64,000 bases of DNA. Source: Opitutaceae bacterium (GTDB taxonomy: Bacteria > Verrucomicrobiota > Verrucomicrobiia > Opitutales > Opitutaceae). Both the position numbers and the translations under genes were made by a program. Location of the stretch: assembly GCA_031379235.1 (NCBI GenBank), contig JANNEY010000083.1:19693-83692 (forward strand), written 5' to 3'. This document shows positions 1-8,996 of this stretch, piece by piece (the first letter of the stretch is position 1; each line of letters starts with the position of its first letter). The notes under the pieces were generated by a model that saw nothing but the letters and a program-made list of their open reading frames with translations, was not told the DNA's origin and ran no database searches.

Positions 1-2645
1 ATGTCGTCTCGACCGATGAATTCGGTGCGGTCGCCGAGGGCAACGTCACCGAGTTCCTCAAGTATCTTCCCGGTGTCACCGTCGATCAGAGCGGCGGCGA
101 CGGCCGCTGGATTTCCATCGAGGGCGCGCCCGCCGCCAACACCCCCATCACGCTCGGCGGCATCGGCCTCCCCACGCCCACCGGCACCACGCGCTCCATC
201 GAGGTTGGTTTTTTCAACCTCAACAACATCTCGCGCATCGAGGTCTCGCACTCGCCCACGCCCGACACGCCCGGCAAATCCCTTGCCGGCGCGATCAACC
301 TCGTGCCGCGCTCCTCCTTCGAGCGCTCACGCCCGATCTTCAACGGCTCACTCTACCTCCTCATGCGCGACGATTATCGCGAGCTCGGCAAGGGCGCCAC
401 GATGTATCGCGACCGCCGCGAGAAGGTCTGGCCCGGCACCGACTTTTCCTGGATCGTCCCGGTGAACAAAAATTTCGGCTTCTCGATCGCCGCCGGCGCC
501 TCGACGCAATACTCCAGCCAGGACCGCTCCGTGAACACATGGCGCGGGAACAGCGCCGTCACCAACGGCACCGCCACCGCCGTCGGCGCGTTTCCCAACA
601 CCGTCCCCGGCCGCCCCTACCTCTCGGCCTACCAGCTCAACGACGCGCCGAAGGAATCCGACCGCGATTCCCTCGGCCTCACGCTCGACTTCCGCCTCTC
701 CCCGCGCGATCGCGTCTCCCTCTCCTACCAATACTCCTCCTTCGACGGCTGGATCTCGTCGCGCCAGATTCTCTTCGCGCCGACGCAGATCGTCGCCTCC
801 TCGATCTCGCCGACTTCGGTGCAAGGTGTCGCGGGCGTCGGCGTCGTCACGCTCACCAATGGCGGCAACCGCGTCCGCGAAAACCGCACCTACCTGCCGA
901 CGTTCTCGTGGCGCCACGACGGCCCGGTCTGGAAACTCGATTTCGCCACCGGCCGCGGCTACGGCAAAAACGCGATCCGCGACATGGACAAGGAGCGCTT
1001 CCTCACCAACACCGCGCGCCGCACCAACGTCACGATCGGTTTCAACGACACCGGCTACCTCCGCCCCGGCGAAATCACCGTCGTCGACAACACCACCAAG
1101 GCCCCGATCAATCCCTATCTCCTCTCCAACTACGCGCTCAACACCCTCGTCTCCACGCCGCAGCGCGCCTCCGACATCAACTTCACCGCGACCGGCAATG
1201 CGCGCCGCGATTTCCTCTGGCGCGTGCCGTTCACGCTGCGCACCGGCCTCGACTACCGGCAGACGCGCCGCGACAGCCGCACCTGGACCTCCACTTACAC
1301 CTACCGCAACAACACCGTCAACGGCACCGCCGCGCCCTTCCTCGATCCGCTCTTCTCGACGCGTTTCGCGCCCTTCGGCTTCCCGCAAATCCAGCACCTC
1401 GATCCCAAGGAAGTCTTCGCCTACTGGCGCACGCACCCCGGCGAATTTACCCTCAACGAGGACAATCTCTACCGCACCAACGTCACCAACTCGAAGTTCG
1501 CCGAGGAGTCCGTGGCCGCCACCTACCTCCGCGGCGACGTCGCGCTCCTAGACCGCCGCCTGCTCCTCGTCGGCGGCGTGCGCGTCGAGCAGACCAACAT
1601 CCGTGCCGACGGCCCGCTCACCGACCTCGCGCGCAACGTCCAGCGCGACGCCCAGGGTCGGCCGCTCCGCAACGCCGCCGGCGCCGTCCTCCCGATCACG
1701 ACCGATGCGCTCGCGACCTCGCGGCTCACGTTTCTCGAGCGCGAATCGCACGTGCAAAAGGAGTATCTGCGCCTCTTCCCCTCGCTCAACGCCACCTACC
1801 ACCTCCGCGAAAATCTCCTCCTCCGCGGGGCCGTCTCGACGAGCCTCGGCCCGCCCGACTTCAATCAATACTCCGGTGGCCTCACGCTCCCCAACACCGA
1901 CAATCTCCCGGCCGCCAACAATCGCATCACCGTCAACAACGCCGCCATCAAACCCTGGACCGCCAACACCGTGAAGGTGCGCCTTGAGTATTATTTCGAG
2001 GGCGTCGGCCAGATCTCCGTCGGGGCCTACCGCCGTCACTTCAAAAACTTTTTCGGCGCGACCGTCTTCCGCGCCACGCCCGAATTCCTCGCGCTCTACG
2101 GCCTCGATGACGGCGAGTATGGCGCCTACGACGTGAGCACGCAGCGCAACCTCACCAACACCGTGCGCATGGAAGGCCTCGACCTCAGCTACCGGCAGTC
2201 GCTCACGTTCCTGCCGCACTGGGCGCGCGGCCTCCAAGTCTTCGCCAACGGCAGCCTCCAACGCTCCAACGTCGCCCGCGGCGAACTCGCCGGCAACGAT
2301 TTCAACGAAATCCCGCGCAATGCTGCGTGGGGCTTCAGCTTCACGCGCCCCCGCTACAACCTCCGCCTCAACTGGACGTGGCGCGCCGATCAAAACCAAG
2401 GCGCGGTGACGGGCCTCGGCATCGAACCCGGCACCTACAACTACACGCCCGGCTACACGAAGCTCGACGTGCTCGGCGAATTCGCCGTGTGGAAACGCCT
2501 CACCCTCTTCGCGAATCTCCGCAACGTCGGCGACATCCCCGACAAAGGCACGACGGTCGGCCCGAACACGCCCAAGCACGCCACCCTCCGCTTCGTCGAA
2601 CGCTACGGCTCGCTGTGGACCTTCGGCGTCAAAGGCACATTCTGA
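1..2645 (+). CDS. TonB-dependent receptor, 5'-truncated by the window edge
   Basis: The frame starting at nt 3 is open (VVSTDEFGAVAEGNVTEFLKYLPGV..., plug-like NNISRIEVSHSP) and continues in frame into ORF 303..2645. It ends ...TFGVKGTF with a terminal Phe typical of outer-membrane barrels. Clear paralog of 43377..46499. Confidence 0.9.
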   Translation, partial: VVSTDEFGAVAEGNVTEFLKYLPGVTVDQSGGDGRWISIEGAPAANTPITLGGIGLPTPTGTTRSIEVGFFNLNNISRIEVSHSPTPDTPGKSLAGAINLVPRSSFERSRPIFNGSLYLLMRDDYRELGKGATMYRDRREKVWPGTDFSWIVPVNKNFGFSIAAGASTQYSSQDRSVNTWRGNSAVTNGTATAVGAFPNTVPGRPYLSAYQLNDAPKESDRDSLGLTLDFRLSPRDRVSLSYQYSSFDGWISSRQILFAPTQIVASSISPTSVQGVAGVGVVTLTNGGNRVRENRTYLPTFSWRHDGPVWKLDFATGRGYGKNAIRDMDKERFLTNTARRTNVTIGFNDTGYLRPGEITVVDNTTKAPINPYLLSNYALNTLVSTPQRASDINFTATGNARRDFLWRVPFTLRTGLDYRQTRRDSRTWTSTYTYRNNTVNGTAAPFLDPLFSTRFAPFGFPQIQHLDPKEVFAYWRTHPGEFTLNEDNLYRTNVTNSKFAEESVAATYLRGDVALLDRRLLLVGGVRVEQTNIRADGPLTDLARNVQRDAQGRPLRNAAGAVLPITTDALATSRLTFLERESHVQKEYLRLFPSLNATYHLRENLLLRGAVSTSLGPPDFNQYSGGLTLPNTDNLPAANNRITVNNAAIKPWTANTVKVRLEYYFEGVGQISVGAYRRHFKNFFGATVFRATPEFLALYGLDDGEYGAYDVSTQRNLTNTVRMEGLDLSYRQSLTFLPHWARGLQVFANGSLQRSNVARGELAGNDFNEIPRNAAWGFSFTRPRYNLRLNWTWRADQNQGAVTGLGIEPGTYNYTPGYTKLDVLGEFAVWKRLTLFANLRNVGDIPDKGTTVGPNTPKHATLRFVERYGSLWTFGVKGTF

Positions 2646-2677
2646 GTCCGCACCCATCACGCCAAAATTTTTTCCTC

Positions 2678-4129
2678 ATGAACCAATCCCGTCTGCTCGG
2701 CTTTCTATTTTTGCTCTGCGCCTCGCTCGCAACCGCCACTGCCGCCGCGCCCGCGCGACCGAACATCCTCTTCATCCTCACCGACGACCAGGCGCCGTGG
2801 GCCTTCGGACCTTCGGGTTACAAGCAGGTCAAGACGCCGAACATGGATCGGCTCGCGCGGGAGGGCGCCTATTTCCCCCATGCCTTCACGCCCACGCCGG
2901 TGTGCAGTCCTGCGCGCGCCGGCATCATGACGAGCCGCTACGGCACCGAGCTCGGCATCTTCGACTGGATCAATCCGCAGGTCGACAAGGGCCTCGGCCT
3001 CGATTCGAAAATCGCGACGTGGCCGCGGCTGCTCCAGCAATCCGGCTACGCCACCGCGCTTTTTGGCAAATGGCATCTCGGCGATCTGCCCGAACAACAC
3101 CCGACGAAACGCGGCTACGATACCTTTGTCGGGTTTCTCGGCGGCGGCTCGCCGCCAAAAAATCCCACGCTGGAGAAAAATGGCGCCCTCGAGAAGCGCG
3201 AGGGCTTCATCGTCGATGTCGTCGCCGACGAAGCGATCGCGTGGCTCCGGCAGCGCGATGCGGCGAAGCCGTTTGCCGTGAGCCTGCACTTCCGCGAGCC
3301 GCACTCCGCTTACCTCCCCGTGCGCGAGGAAGACTGGGCCAAGGTGAAGGATCTCGATCCGGTCATCCCAAATCCCGACTACCCCGGCCTCGACGTCGAG
3401 CGCGTGAAACGGCTCACGCGCGAATACCTCGCGTCCGTCACCGCCGTCGATCGCAACCTCGGCAATGTTCTCGCCACGCTCGACGAACTAAAGCTCACGG
3501 AAAACACGCTCGTGGTTTTCACCTCCGACCATGGCTACAACATGGGCCACCACGCGCTGCAGCACAAAGGCAACGCCTCGTGGATGCTGAAGAAGGAGTT
3601 TGTCCCGCCCGCCACGCCCACCATCAGCGCCGGCCGCCGGCCCAACATGTTCGACACGTCGGTCCACATCCCCCTCGCGATTCGCTGGCCCGGCGTGATC
3701 AAACCCGGCACCGTCAATTCGCACACGCTCTCGCACCTCGATTGGTTTCCGACGTTCGCCGCCATCGCCGGTGCGACGATCCCCGCCGGCACGATTATCC
3801 GTGGGCGCGACGTGCGGCCGCTCCTGCGGGGCGACGCGAAAAACTGGAACGACGATTTCTACGCCGAGTATTCCATGCGCCACGGCGCACAGGTCCACAT
3901 GCGCATGTATCGCACCCCCGAGTGGAAACTGATCCGCGACTTCAACCACGAGGGTCGCGACGAGCTCTACCACCTCGCCGTCGATCCCGACGAGACACGC
4001 AACCTCATCGCCGATCCCAGCCCCGCCACGAAAAAAATCGTCGCCGACCTCGATGCCCGTATTCTCGCGAAGATGGAGGAGCTGAAAGACCCCGCACTCC
4101 CCCAAGCCCGCGCCCGCCGCCCGCGCTAA
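2678..4129 (+). CDS. Sulfatase (Cys-type, exported)
   Basis: ATG at 2678, signal peptide, PNILFILTDD, CSPARAGIMTSRY (CxPxR), GKWHLG, SDHG. Confidence 0.93.
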   Translation: MNQSRLLGFLFLLCASLATATAAAPARPNILFILTDDQAPWAFGPSGYKQVKTPNMDRLAREGAYFPHAFTPTPVCSPARAGIMTSRYGTELGIFDWINPQVDKGLGLDSKIATWPRLLQQSGYATALFGKWHLGDLPEQHPTKRGYDTFVGFLGGGSPPKNPTLEKNGALEKREGFIVDVVADEAIAWLRQRDAAKPFAVSLHFREPHSAYLPVREEDWAKVKDLDPVIPNPDYPGLDVERVKRLTREYLASVTAVDRNLGNVLATLDELKLTENTLVVFTSDHGYNMGHHALQHKGNASWMLKKEFVPPATPTISAGRRPNMFDTSVHIPLAIRWPGVIKPGTVNSHTLSHLDWFPTFAAIAGATIPAGTIIRGRDVRPLLRGDAKNWNDDFYAEYSMRHGAQVHMRMYRTPEWKLIRDFNHEGRDELYHLAVDPDETRNLIADPSPATKKIVADLDARILAKMEELKDPALPQARARRPR

Positions 4130-4280
4130 CCCGTGTTTTCAAATTCTGTCATTGCGAGAAGCCGCGCCCTGCGCGGCGCCGAAGCAATCCAGCTGGATCG
4201 CGACGAGTGCGTCAGCCTCGGCGGCCACGGTGCGCTGCGCGCACCTCGCGATGACAACCACCTTTGAAAACAGGCGCTAG
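4126..4280. repeat. REP/MITE-like palindromic element, copy 1
   Basis: GTGTTTTCAAA...TTTGAAAACA outer inverted repeat around a TGTCATTGCGAG...GAAGCAATCCAGCTGGAT...CTCGCGATGACAA core. Near-identical copy at 22907..23030. Confidence 0.85.
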
Positions 4281-4328
4281 CCGGCATTTTTCTGTCACAG
4301 TTATCCCCATCCCTACGTCCATCCCGTC

Positions 4329-5015
4329 ATGAAGCCCCATCCGTTACCCCGCTCCTTCGAAATCTACGCTCCCCGTCGCCAGTTTCTCCGCCAGCTCGCG
4401 GTCGGCTCGGCGATGTTTGCCGTGCCTGGCCTGTTCGCCCAACAGCTCACCCGCACGCCGGCCCAGACCGAGGGACCATTTTATCCCGACAAGCTCCCGC
4501 TCGACACCGACAACGATCTCATCGTCGTCAACGATGCGCTCACACCCGCCGTCGGTGAAATCACCTGGCTCGGCGGCCGGCTACTCACCGCCGCCGGCAG
4601 CCCGATCCGCAACGCCACGATCGAAATCTGGCAGTGCGACAGCACGGGCGTCTACCTGCACTCGAAGGACAGCGGCACGGGAAAAAAGCGCGACACGAAC
4701 TTCCAGTGTTTCGGCCGCTTCGTCACCAGCACGACGGGCGAATATGTTTTCCGCACCATCAAACCCGTGCCCTATCCGGGCCGCACGCCGCACATTCACG
4801 TCGCGGTGAAGCTGAAGGGCAAAAAGGAACTCGTCTCGCAGTGCTATATCAAGGGCCATGCCGGTAACGAGAAGGACGGGGTGTGGAAAGGCATCAAAGA
4901 CCAGCGGCAGCGCGACTCCGTGACGGTCGACTTCGCGCCCCTCGCCGGCTCGAAAGCAGGCGAACTCTCCGCCCGCTGGGATCTGGTCATGGGCCTCACG
5001 CCTGAGCTGACCTGA
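4329..5015 (+). CDS. Intradiol ring-cleavage dioxygenase-like protein (protocatechuate 3,4-dioxygenase family) with Tat signal
   Basis: RRQFL twin-arginine motif, TEGPFYP, WQCDSTGVY, PVPYPGRTPHIH. Both Tyr and both His iron ligands are in the expected positions. Confidence 0.88.
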   Translation: MKPHPLPRSFEIYAPRRQFLRQLAVGSAMFAVPGLFAQQLTRTPAQTEGPFYPDKLPLDTDNDLIVVNDALTPAVGEITWLGGRLLTAAGSPIRNATIEIWQCDSTGVYLHSKDSGTGKKRDTNFQCFGRFVTSTTGEYVFRTIKPVPYPGRTPHIHVAVKLKGKKELVSQCYIKGHAGNEKDGVWKGIKDQRQRDSVTVDFAPLAGSKAGELSARWDLVMGLTPELT

Positions 5016-5084
5016 GGCGGGCGGAACTGCGCTGCGAAAAAATCCTCGGCGGGGCCTCAGCCTTCCAGCCGAGGTCGCATCACT

Positions 5085-5669
5085 CTACTTCTTGGCCTGG
5101 GCGCCGTGGGTTTTGCAGTAACGGTTCGATGCGGCTACCGGCTCTTTGTTCTCAAGGTCGACGTCGTTCAGCGAGGCCTTCGCGCCCCACGAAAAAATCT
5201 TCTCGAACCACGGCAGCCAGCGGCTGTGGCGGATCTGCTCGAGGAAGTAGACCTCGTGCTCCTTTTCCTTGATGCCCATTTCATAGAGCACGTCGTCATG
5301 CTCGCGGATGCCGAGCGCCTGGAAATAGCGCATCATGACGAAGTATTCGCAGACGTTCCCGCTCTCCAGCTTGCCCGCGAAAAAATACGGCATGAACCAG
5401 CCAATCACATGGCAGCTCGCCGAAATTATTTTCCCGATCAGGAAAAACCGCACCTCGTAATAACGCGACACCGGCACGTCGTAGCGCCGCATCAGCCCGA
5501 GCACGTTCTCACGGTGATGCCACTCGTCGTCTTCGATCTGCTTTACCGCCTGCTTCGCGGCCGGATCTTTGAGCGAACTCGCGTGGCCGACGTAGGCGAA
5601 CGCCGCCGCTCGCTCCGCCGAGTAAGCCCGTTGCAAGAGATCGACGAGCGCCGGGTGGTTGAGTTTCAT
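5085..5669 (-). CDS. Ferritin-like diiron protein (Coq7/demethoxyubiquinone hydroxylase-like family)
   Basis: Start MKLNHP at 5669. Carboxylate/His pattern SAERAA, EDDEWHH, LESGN, KEKEHE fits a four-helix diiron bundle. Confidence 0.7.
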   Translation of the reverse strand: MKLNHPALVDLLQRAYSAERAAAFAYVGHASSLKDPAAKQAVKQIEDDEWHHRENVLGLMRRYDVPVSRYYEVRFFLIGKIISASCHVIGWFMPYFFAGKLESGNVCEYFVMMRYFQALGIREHDDVLYEMGIKEKEHEVYFLEQIRHSRWLPWFEKIFSWGAKASLNDVDLENKEPVAASNRYCKTHGAQAKK

Positions 5670-5826
5670 GCGGGAAAAAGTGAGCGAAAGGCAATCGCCG
5701 CGCACGGGCGAGGCTGATTCGGGCGGTGCTTTGCCTCGTTGTGCGTTGCCTTCGCGGAATTTCGTCGTGCGCTCGCCCCTCACGCGCCCCATGGTGCGCC
5801 GTGCTGGCCAACCCCTCGCCATTCTC

Positions 5827-7746
5827 ATGCTTATCGTCCGCCCTCTGATTCGGTTCGCGGTTGCTTCCGCCGCCCTCGCTTCGCCCTCGTTCGCCGACCC
5901 GGCCGCCCTCACCGCCCTGCTCTCGCGTCCGATCCTTGAAACAGGCACGCCGCTCGCCGAGGTGCAGGCGTTCACCGAGTCGCGCGTGCCGGCGATGCCC
6001 GCGGTCACCACGCTCGCCGAATGGAAAACTTTTGCCGAGCGCACGCGGCGCGAGGTGCTGGAGAAAATCGTTTTCCGCGGCGCACTCGCCCGCGCGTGGC
6101 GCGATGCCAAGACCAAGGTCGAGTGGCTCGACCCCATTCCCGGCGGCCCGGGCTATTCGATTCGCAAGCTGCGCTACGAGGCGCTGCCCGGCCTCTGGAT
6201 TCCCGCACTGCTTTATTTACCCGACAACGTCCCGGGAAAAATCCCGGTCCACCTCGCCGTCAACGGCCACGACAAGGACGGCAAGGCCGCACCCTACAAA
6301 CAGCTTCGCTGCATCAATCTCGCCAAGCGCGGCATCGCCTCGCTCAACGTCGAGTGGTTCGCGCAGGGCCAGCTCCGCACCGATGGCTTCGGGCACTACC
6401 GGATGAACCAACTCGATCTCTGCGGGGTGAGCGGGCTCGCGCCGTTCTACCTCGCGATGTCGCGCGGGCTCGATGCGTTGCTCGCCTTGCCGTTCGCCGA
6501 TGCGACCCGCGTCGCTGTCAGCGGCCTTTCCGGCGGCGGCTGGCAGACGATTATCATCAGCTCCCTCGATCCCCGCGTGACGCTCGCGAATCCCGTCGCC
6601 GGCTACTCGAGCTACCGCACGCGCGCGCGCCACCTCTCCGATCTCGGCGACTCGGAGCAGACGCCCAACGATCTCGCCACCGTCGCCGACTACACTCACC
6701 TCACCGCCCTCCTCGCCGGCCGCAACGCGCTCCTCACCTACAACGCCAAGGACAATTGCTGCTTCGCCACCGACCACGCGCTGCCTCCGCTCCTCGACGC
6801 GGCCGAGCCTATCTTCAAGCTCTACGGCCAGCCGCAGCGCCTCCGCTCGCACAACAACTCCGATCCCGGCACGCACAATTTCGAGGTCGATAACCGGCAG
6901 GCGTTCTACCGCATCGTCGGCGCCACGTTTTTCCCGGGCGATGCAGGGTTCAACGCGCAGGAAATTCCCTCGCAGCCCGAGGTAAAAACCGCCGCGCAGC
7001 TCGAAGTCCCGCTCCCGCCCGGCAACCTCGACTTCAACCAGCTCGCGCTCGCCGCCGCAAAAAATCTCCCGCGTGCCGGCACTGCGACGCGCGAGAAACT
7101 CGCTGAACTCGTGAAGTTCAAATCGATCGCCGTCACCGCGACGCGCACCGGCACCGAGGCGCGCGACGGCGTGCAGGCTACCTTCTGGAAACTCCGCCTT
7201 GGCGGCACGTGGACCGTGCCCGTCACCGAGCTTTTTCCCGCCAGCACCACCGCGCCCACCGGCACCACGCTCCTCGTCGCCGACGCCGGCCGCAAATCCA
7301 CGGCCGCGCGCGCCGCAGCTCTCCTCGCTACCGGCCAGCGCGTGCTCGCCCTCGATCCATTTTATTTCGGTGAATCGAAAATCTCGCAGCGTGATTTTCT
7401 CTACGCGCTCCTCGTCGCCGCCGTCGGGGAGCGGTCGCTCGGGCTTCAGGCGAGCCAGCTCGCCGCCGTCGCGCGGTGGGCCGGCAGCGAATTCAAGATT
7501 TCCCCCGCGACCATCACGCTCGAGTCTTCCGGCCCGCGCCTCGGCCTCGCCGCGCTCGTCGCCGCCGCGCTCGAGCCGCGCGCCATCGGCCGGCTGCATC
7601 AAACCGACGCCCTCGCCAGCCTGCATGAAATTCTCCGCCAAGACTGGTCCGTCGATCAAAAGCCCGAACTATTCTGCTTCGGCCTGCTCGAGTCATTCGA
7701 CGTGCCGCAGCTCCACGCCCTCGTCGGTGCCGCGCGACTTAAGTAG
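5827..7746 (+). CDS. Exported alpha/beta hydrolase (acetyl xylan esterase/dienelactone hydrolase-like, two-domain)
   Basis: Signal peptide, LAVNGH, GLSGGG nucleophile elbow, KDNCCF, PGTHNF. Confidence 0.8.
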   Translation: MLIVRPLIRFAVASAALASPSFADPAALTALLSRPILETGTPLAEVQAFTESRVPAMPAVTTLAEWKTFAERTRREVLEKIVFRGALARAWRDAKTKVEWLDPIPGGPGYSIRKLRYEALPGLWIPALLYLPDNVPGKIPVHLAVNGHDKDGKAAPYKQLRCINLAKRGIASLNVEWFAQGQLRTDGFGHYRMNQLDLCGVSGLAPFYLAMSRGLDALLALPFADATRVAVSGLSGGGWQTIIISSLDPRVTLANPVAGYSSYRTRARHLSDLGDSEQTPNDLATVADYTHLTALLAGRNALLTYNAKDNCCFATDHALPPLLDAAEPIFKLYGQPQRLRSHNNSDPGTHNFEVDNRQAFYRIVGATFFPGDAGFNAQEIPSQPEVKTAAQLEVPLPPGNLDFNQLALAAAKNLPRAGTATREKLAELVKFKSIAVTATRTGTEARDGVQATFWKLRLGGTWTVPVTELFPASTTAPTGTTLLVADAGRKSTAARAAALLATGQRVLALDPFYFGESKISQRDFLYALLVAAVGERSLGLQASQLAAVARWAGSEFKISPATITLESSGPRLGLAALVAAALEPRAIGRLHQTDALASLHEILRQDWSVDQKPELFCFGLLESFDVPQLHALVGAARLK

Positions 7747-7830
7747 CCTGAAGCCCTCGGAGGACGAGGTCTGGTTGACCGCCGCTACTGCACGCCCGAC
7801 CGCCGACATGTGCCTTGGGCGATGGCTAAC

Positions 7831-7879
7831 AAGAACTGGCGGTTCTTCACCACCTCCATCCTTGCGTCACATCGCAAGG
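7831..7879. promoter_or_regulatory. Two short inverted repeats upstream of the TA operon, possible autoregulatory operators
   Basis: AAGAAC-N5-GTTCTT (7831..7847) and CCTTGCG-N6-CGCAAGG (7860..7879), ending about 20 nt before the ATG at 7898. Confidence 0.4.
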
Positions 7880-7897
7880 CCCTGCACTTTGCGAATC

Positions 7898-8578
7898 ATG
7901 GAGCTGCGCACGATGCCCGCCTACAGCTTGACCGATGCCGCCCGCTGCATTGGCGCGCATCCCGCCACGCTGCGCTCATGGTTCAAAGGCCGCTCCTACC
8001 CCACCAAGGACGGACCACGGCGCTCGCCAAATTTGCTGGTTCCGGCGGCACCGGATGCGCTTTCGTTTCAAAATCTAATCCAAGCCCACGTCGTTCAGGG
8101 CATCCGCAAGCGCTACCACATTCCCATGCATCGGGTCCGCGATGCGCTGAAGTATCTGTCTGAGAGCGTCGGCAATCTCGACCTCCTCGCCTCGGAAAAA
8201 TTCTACCACGATACCGAGCACCTGCTGCTGAAGGTCGAGGATCGGCTGATTTCGCTTTCGGAACGCGGGCAGACGGTGAGCGAGACGGTTCTCGCGCAAT
8301 ACCTGCACCGGATCGACTACGGCAAGGACGGTTTCGCGTCGCGCCTCCATCCGTTTCTCTACACGGCGACAGGCCAGCTCTACGAACCGCAACATATCAT
8401 GATCGATCCGACGATCGGTTTCGGCAAACCCTGCATCGAGCGACTGGGGGTCAAGACGGACATCATCGCCGAACGCTTTCTCGCCGGAGAACCCATCGAG
8501 GAACTCACGGCGGACTATGGAGCCAAGCCCGAGGAAATCCAGGAAGCCATCCGCTGGTCCGCCCGCAAGGCCGCCTGA
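7898..8578 (+). CDS. DUF433-domain antitoxin with N-terminal HTH (VapB45-like)
   Basis: PAYSLTDAARCIGAHPATLRSW (HTH) and IDPTIGFGKPCI...IAERFLAGEPIEELTADYG...IQEAIRW (DUF433). Confidence 0.85.
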   Translation: MELRTMPAYSLTDAARCIGAHPATLRSWFKGRSYPTKDGPRRSPNLLVPAAPDALSFQNLIQAHVVQGIRKRYHIPMHRVRDALKYLSESVGNLDLLASEKFYHDTEHLLLKVEDRLISLSERGQTVSETVLAQYLHRIDYGKDGFASRLHPFLYTATGQLYEPQHIMIDPTIGFGKPCIERLGVKTDIIAERFLAGEPIEELTADYGAKPEEIQEAIRWSARKAA

Positions 8579-8996
8579 GGCTCCGGTCTTTTTCATCGAC
8601 CGCGACACCGGCGGTCGGTTGTTGGCCGCTGCGTTGCGGACCGGAGGTTACCGGATCGAGCTGCACGACGAACATTTCGCGCAGGACACGAAGGATCCGT
8701 TTTGGATTCGCAGCGTCGCCGAGCGGCGCTGGGTCATCCTGACCTGCGACCGCAACATCGCGCGCAAGGAGCCGGAACGCTCACTCTTCTCCGCGGCGCC
8801 GACGCACACGTTCATCCTCTACGCGCTCTCGCACGTTCAACGGGAGCAGCGCGTGCCGCTCGTGCTGGTGGTGTTGCCGAAACTCTCCGCGCTGGTGGCG
8901 TCGGGCGCGGCCCACGGCATCTACCGCGTCCACACGGACGGGAAGATCGAGCACCTGGCGAACATCAAGGCGAGGTTTCGGCTGGAAGATTTTTAG
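8517..8996 (+). CDS. PIN-like toxin (VapC45-like); start uncertain
   Basis: FFIDRDTG...HDEHFAQDTKD..W....AERRWVILTCDRNI pattern; overlaps the DUF433 gene. Confidence 0.78.
   Translation: MEPSPRKSRKPSAGPPARPPEAPVFFIDRDTGGRLLAAALRTGGYRIELHDEHFAQDTKDPFWIRSVAERRWVILTCDRNIARKEPERSLFSAAPTHTFILYALSHVQREQRVPLVLVVLPKLSALVASGAAHGIYRVHTDGKIEHLANIKARFRLEDF

Noticed and set aside
348-2660. Long antisense and alternate-frame ORFs over the first TBDR (and likewise 6217..7659, 29485..31680, 44820..46448, 47984..49462, 60826..63888)
   Set aside because: Shadow ORFs expected from GC3-biased coding; they have no recognisable motifs and overlap well-supported genes.
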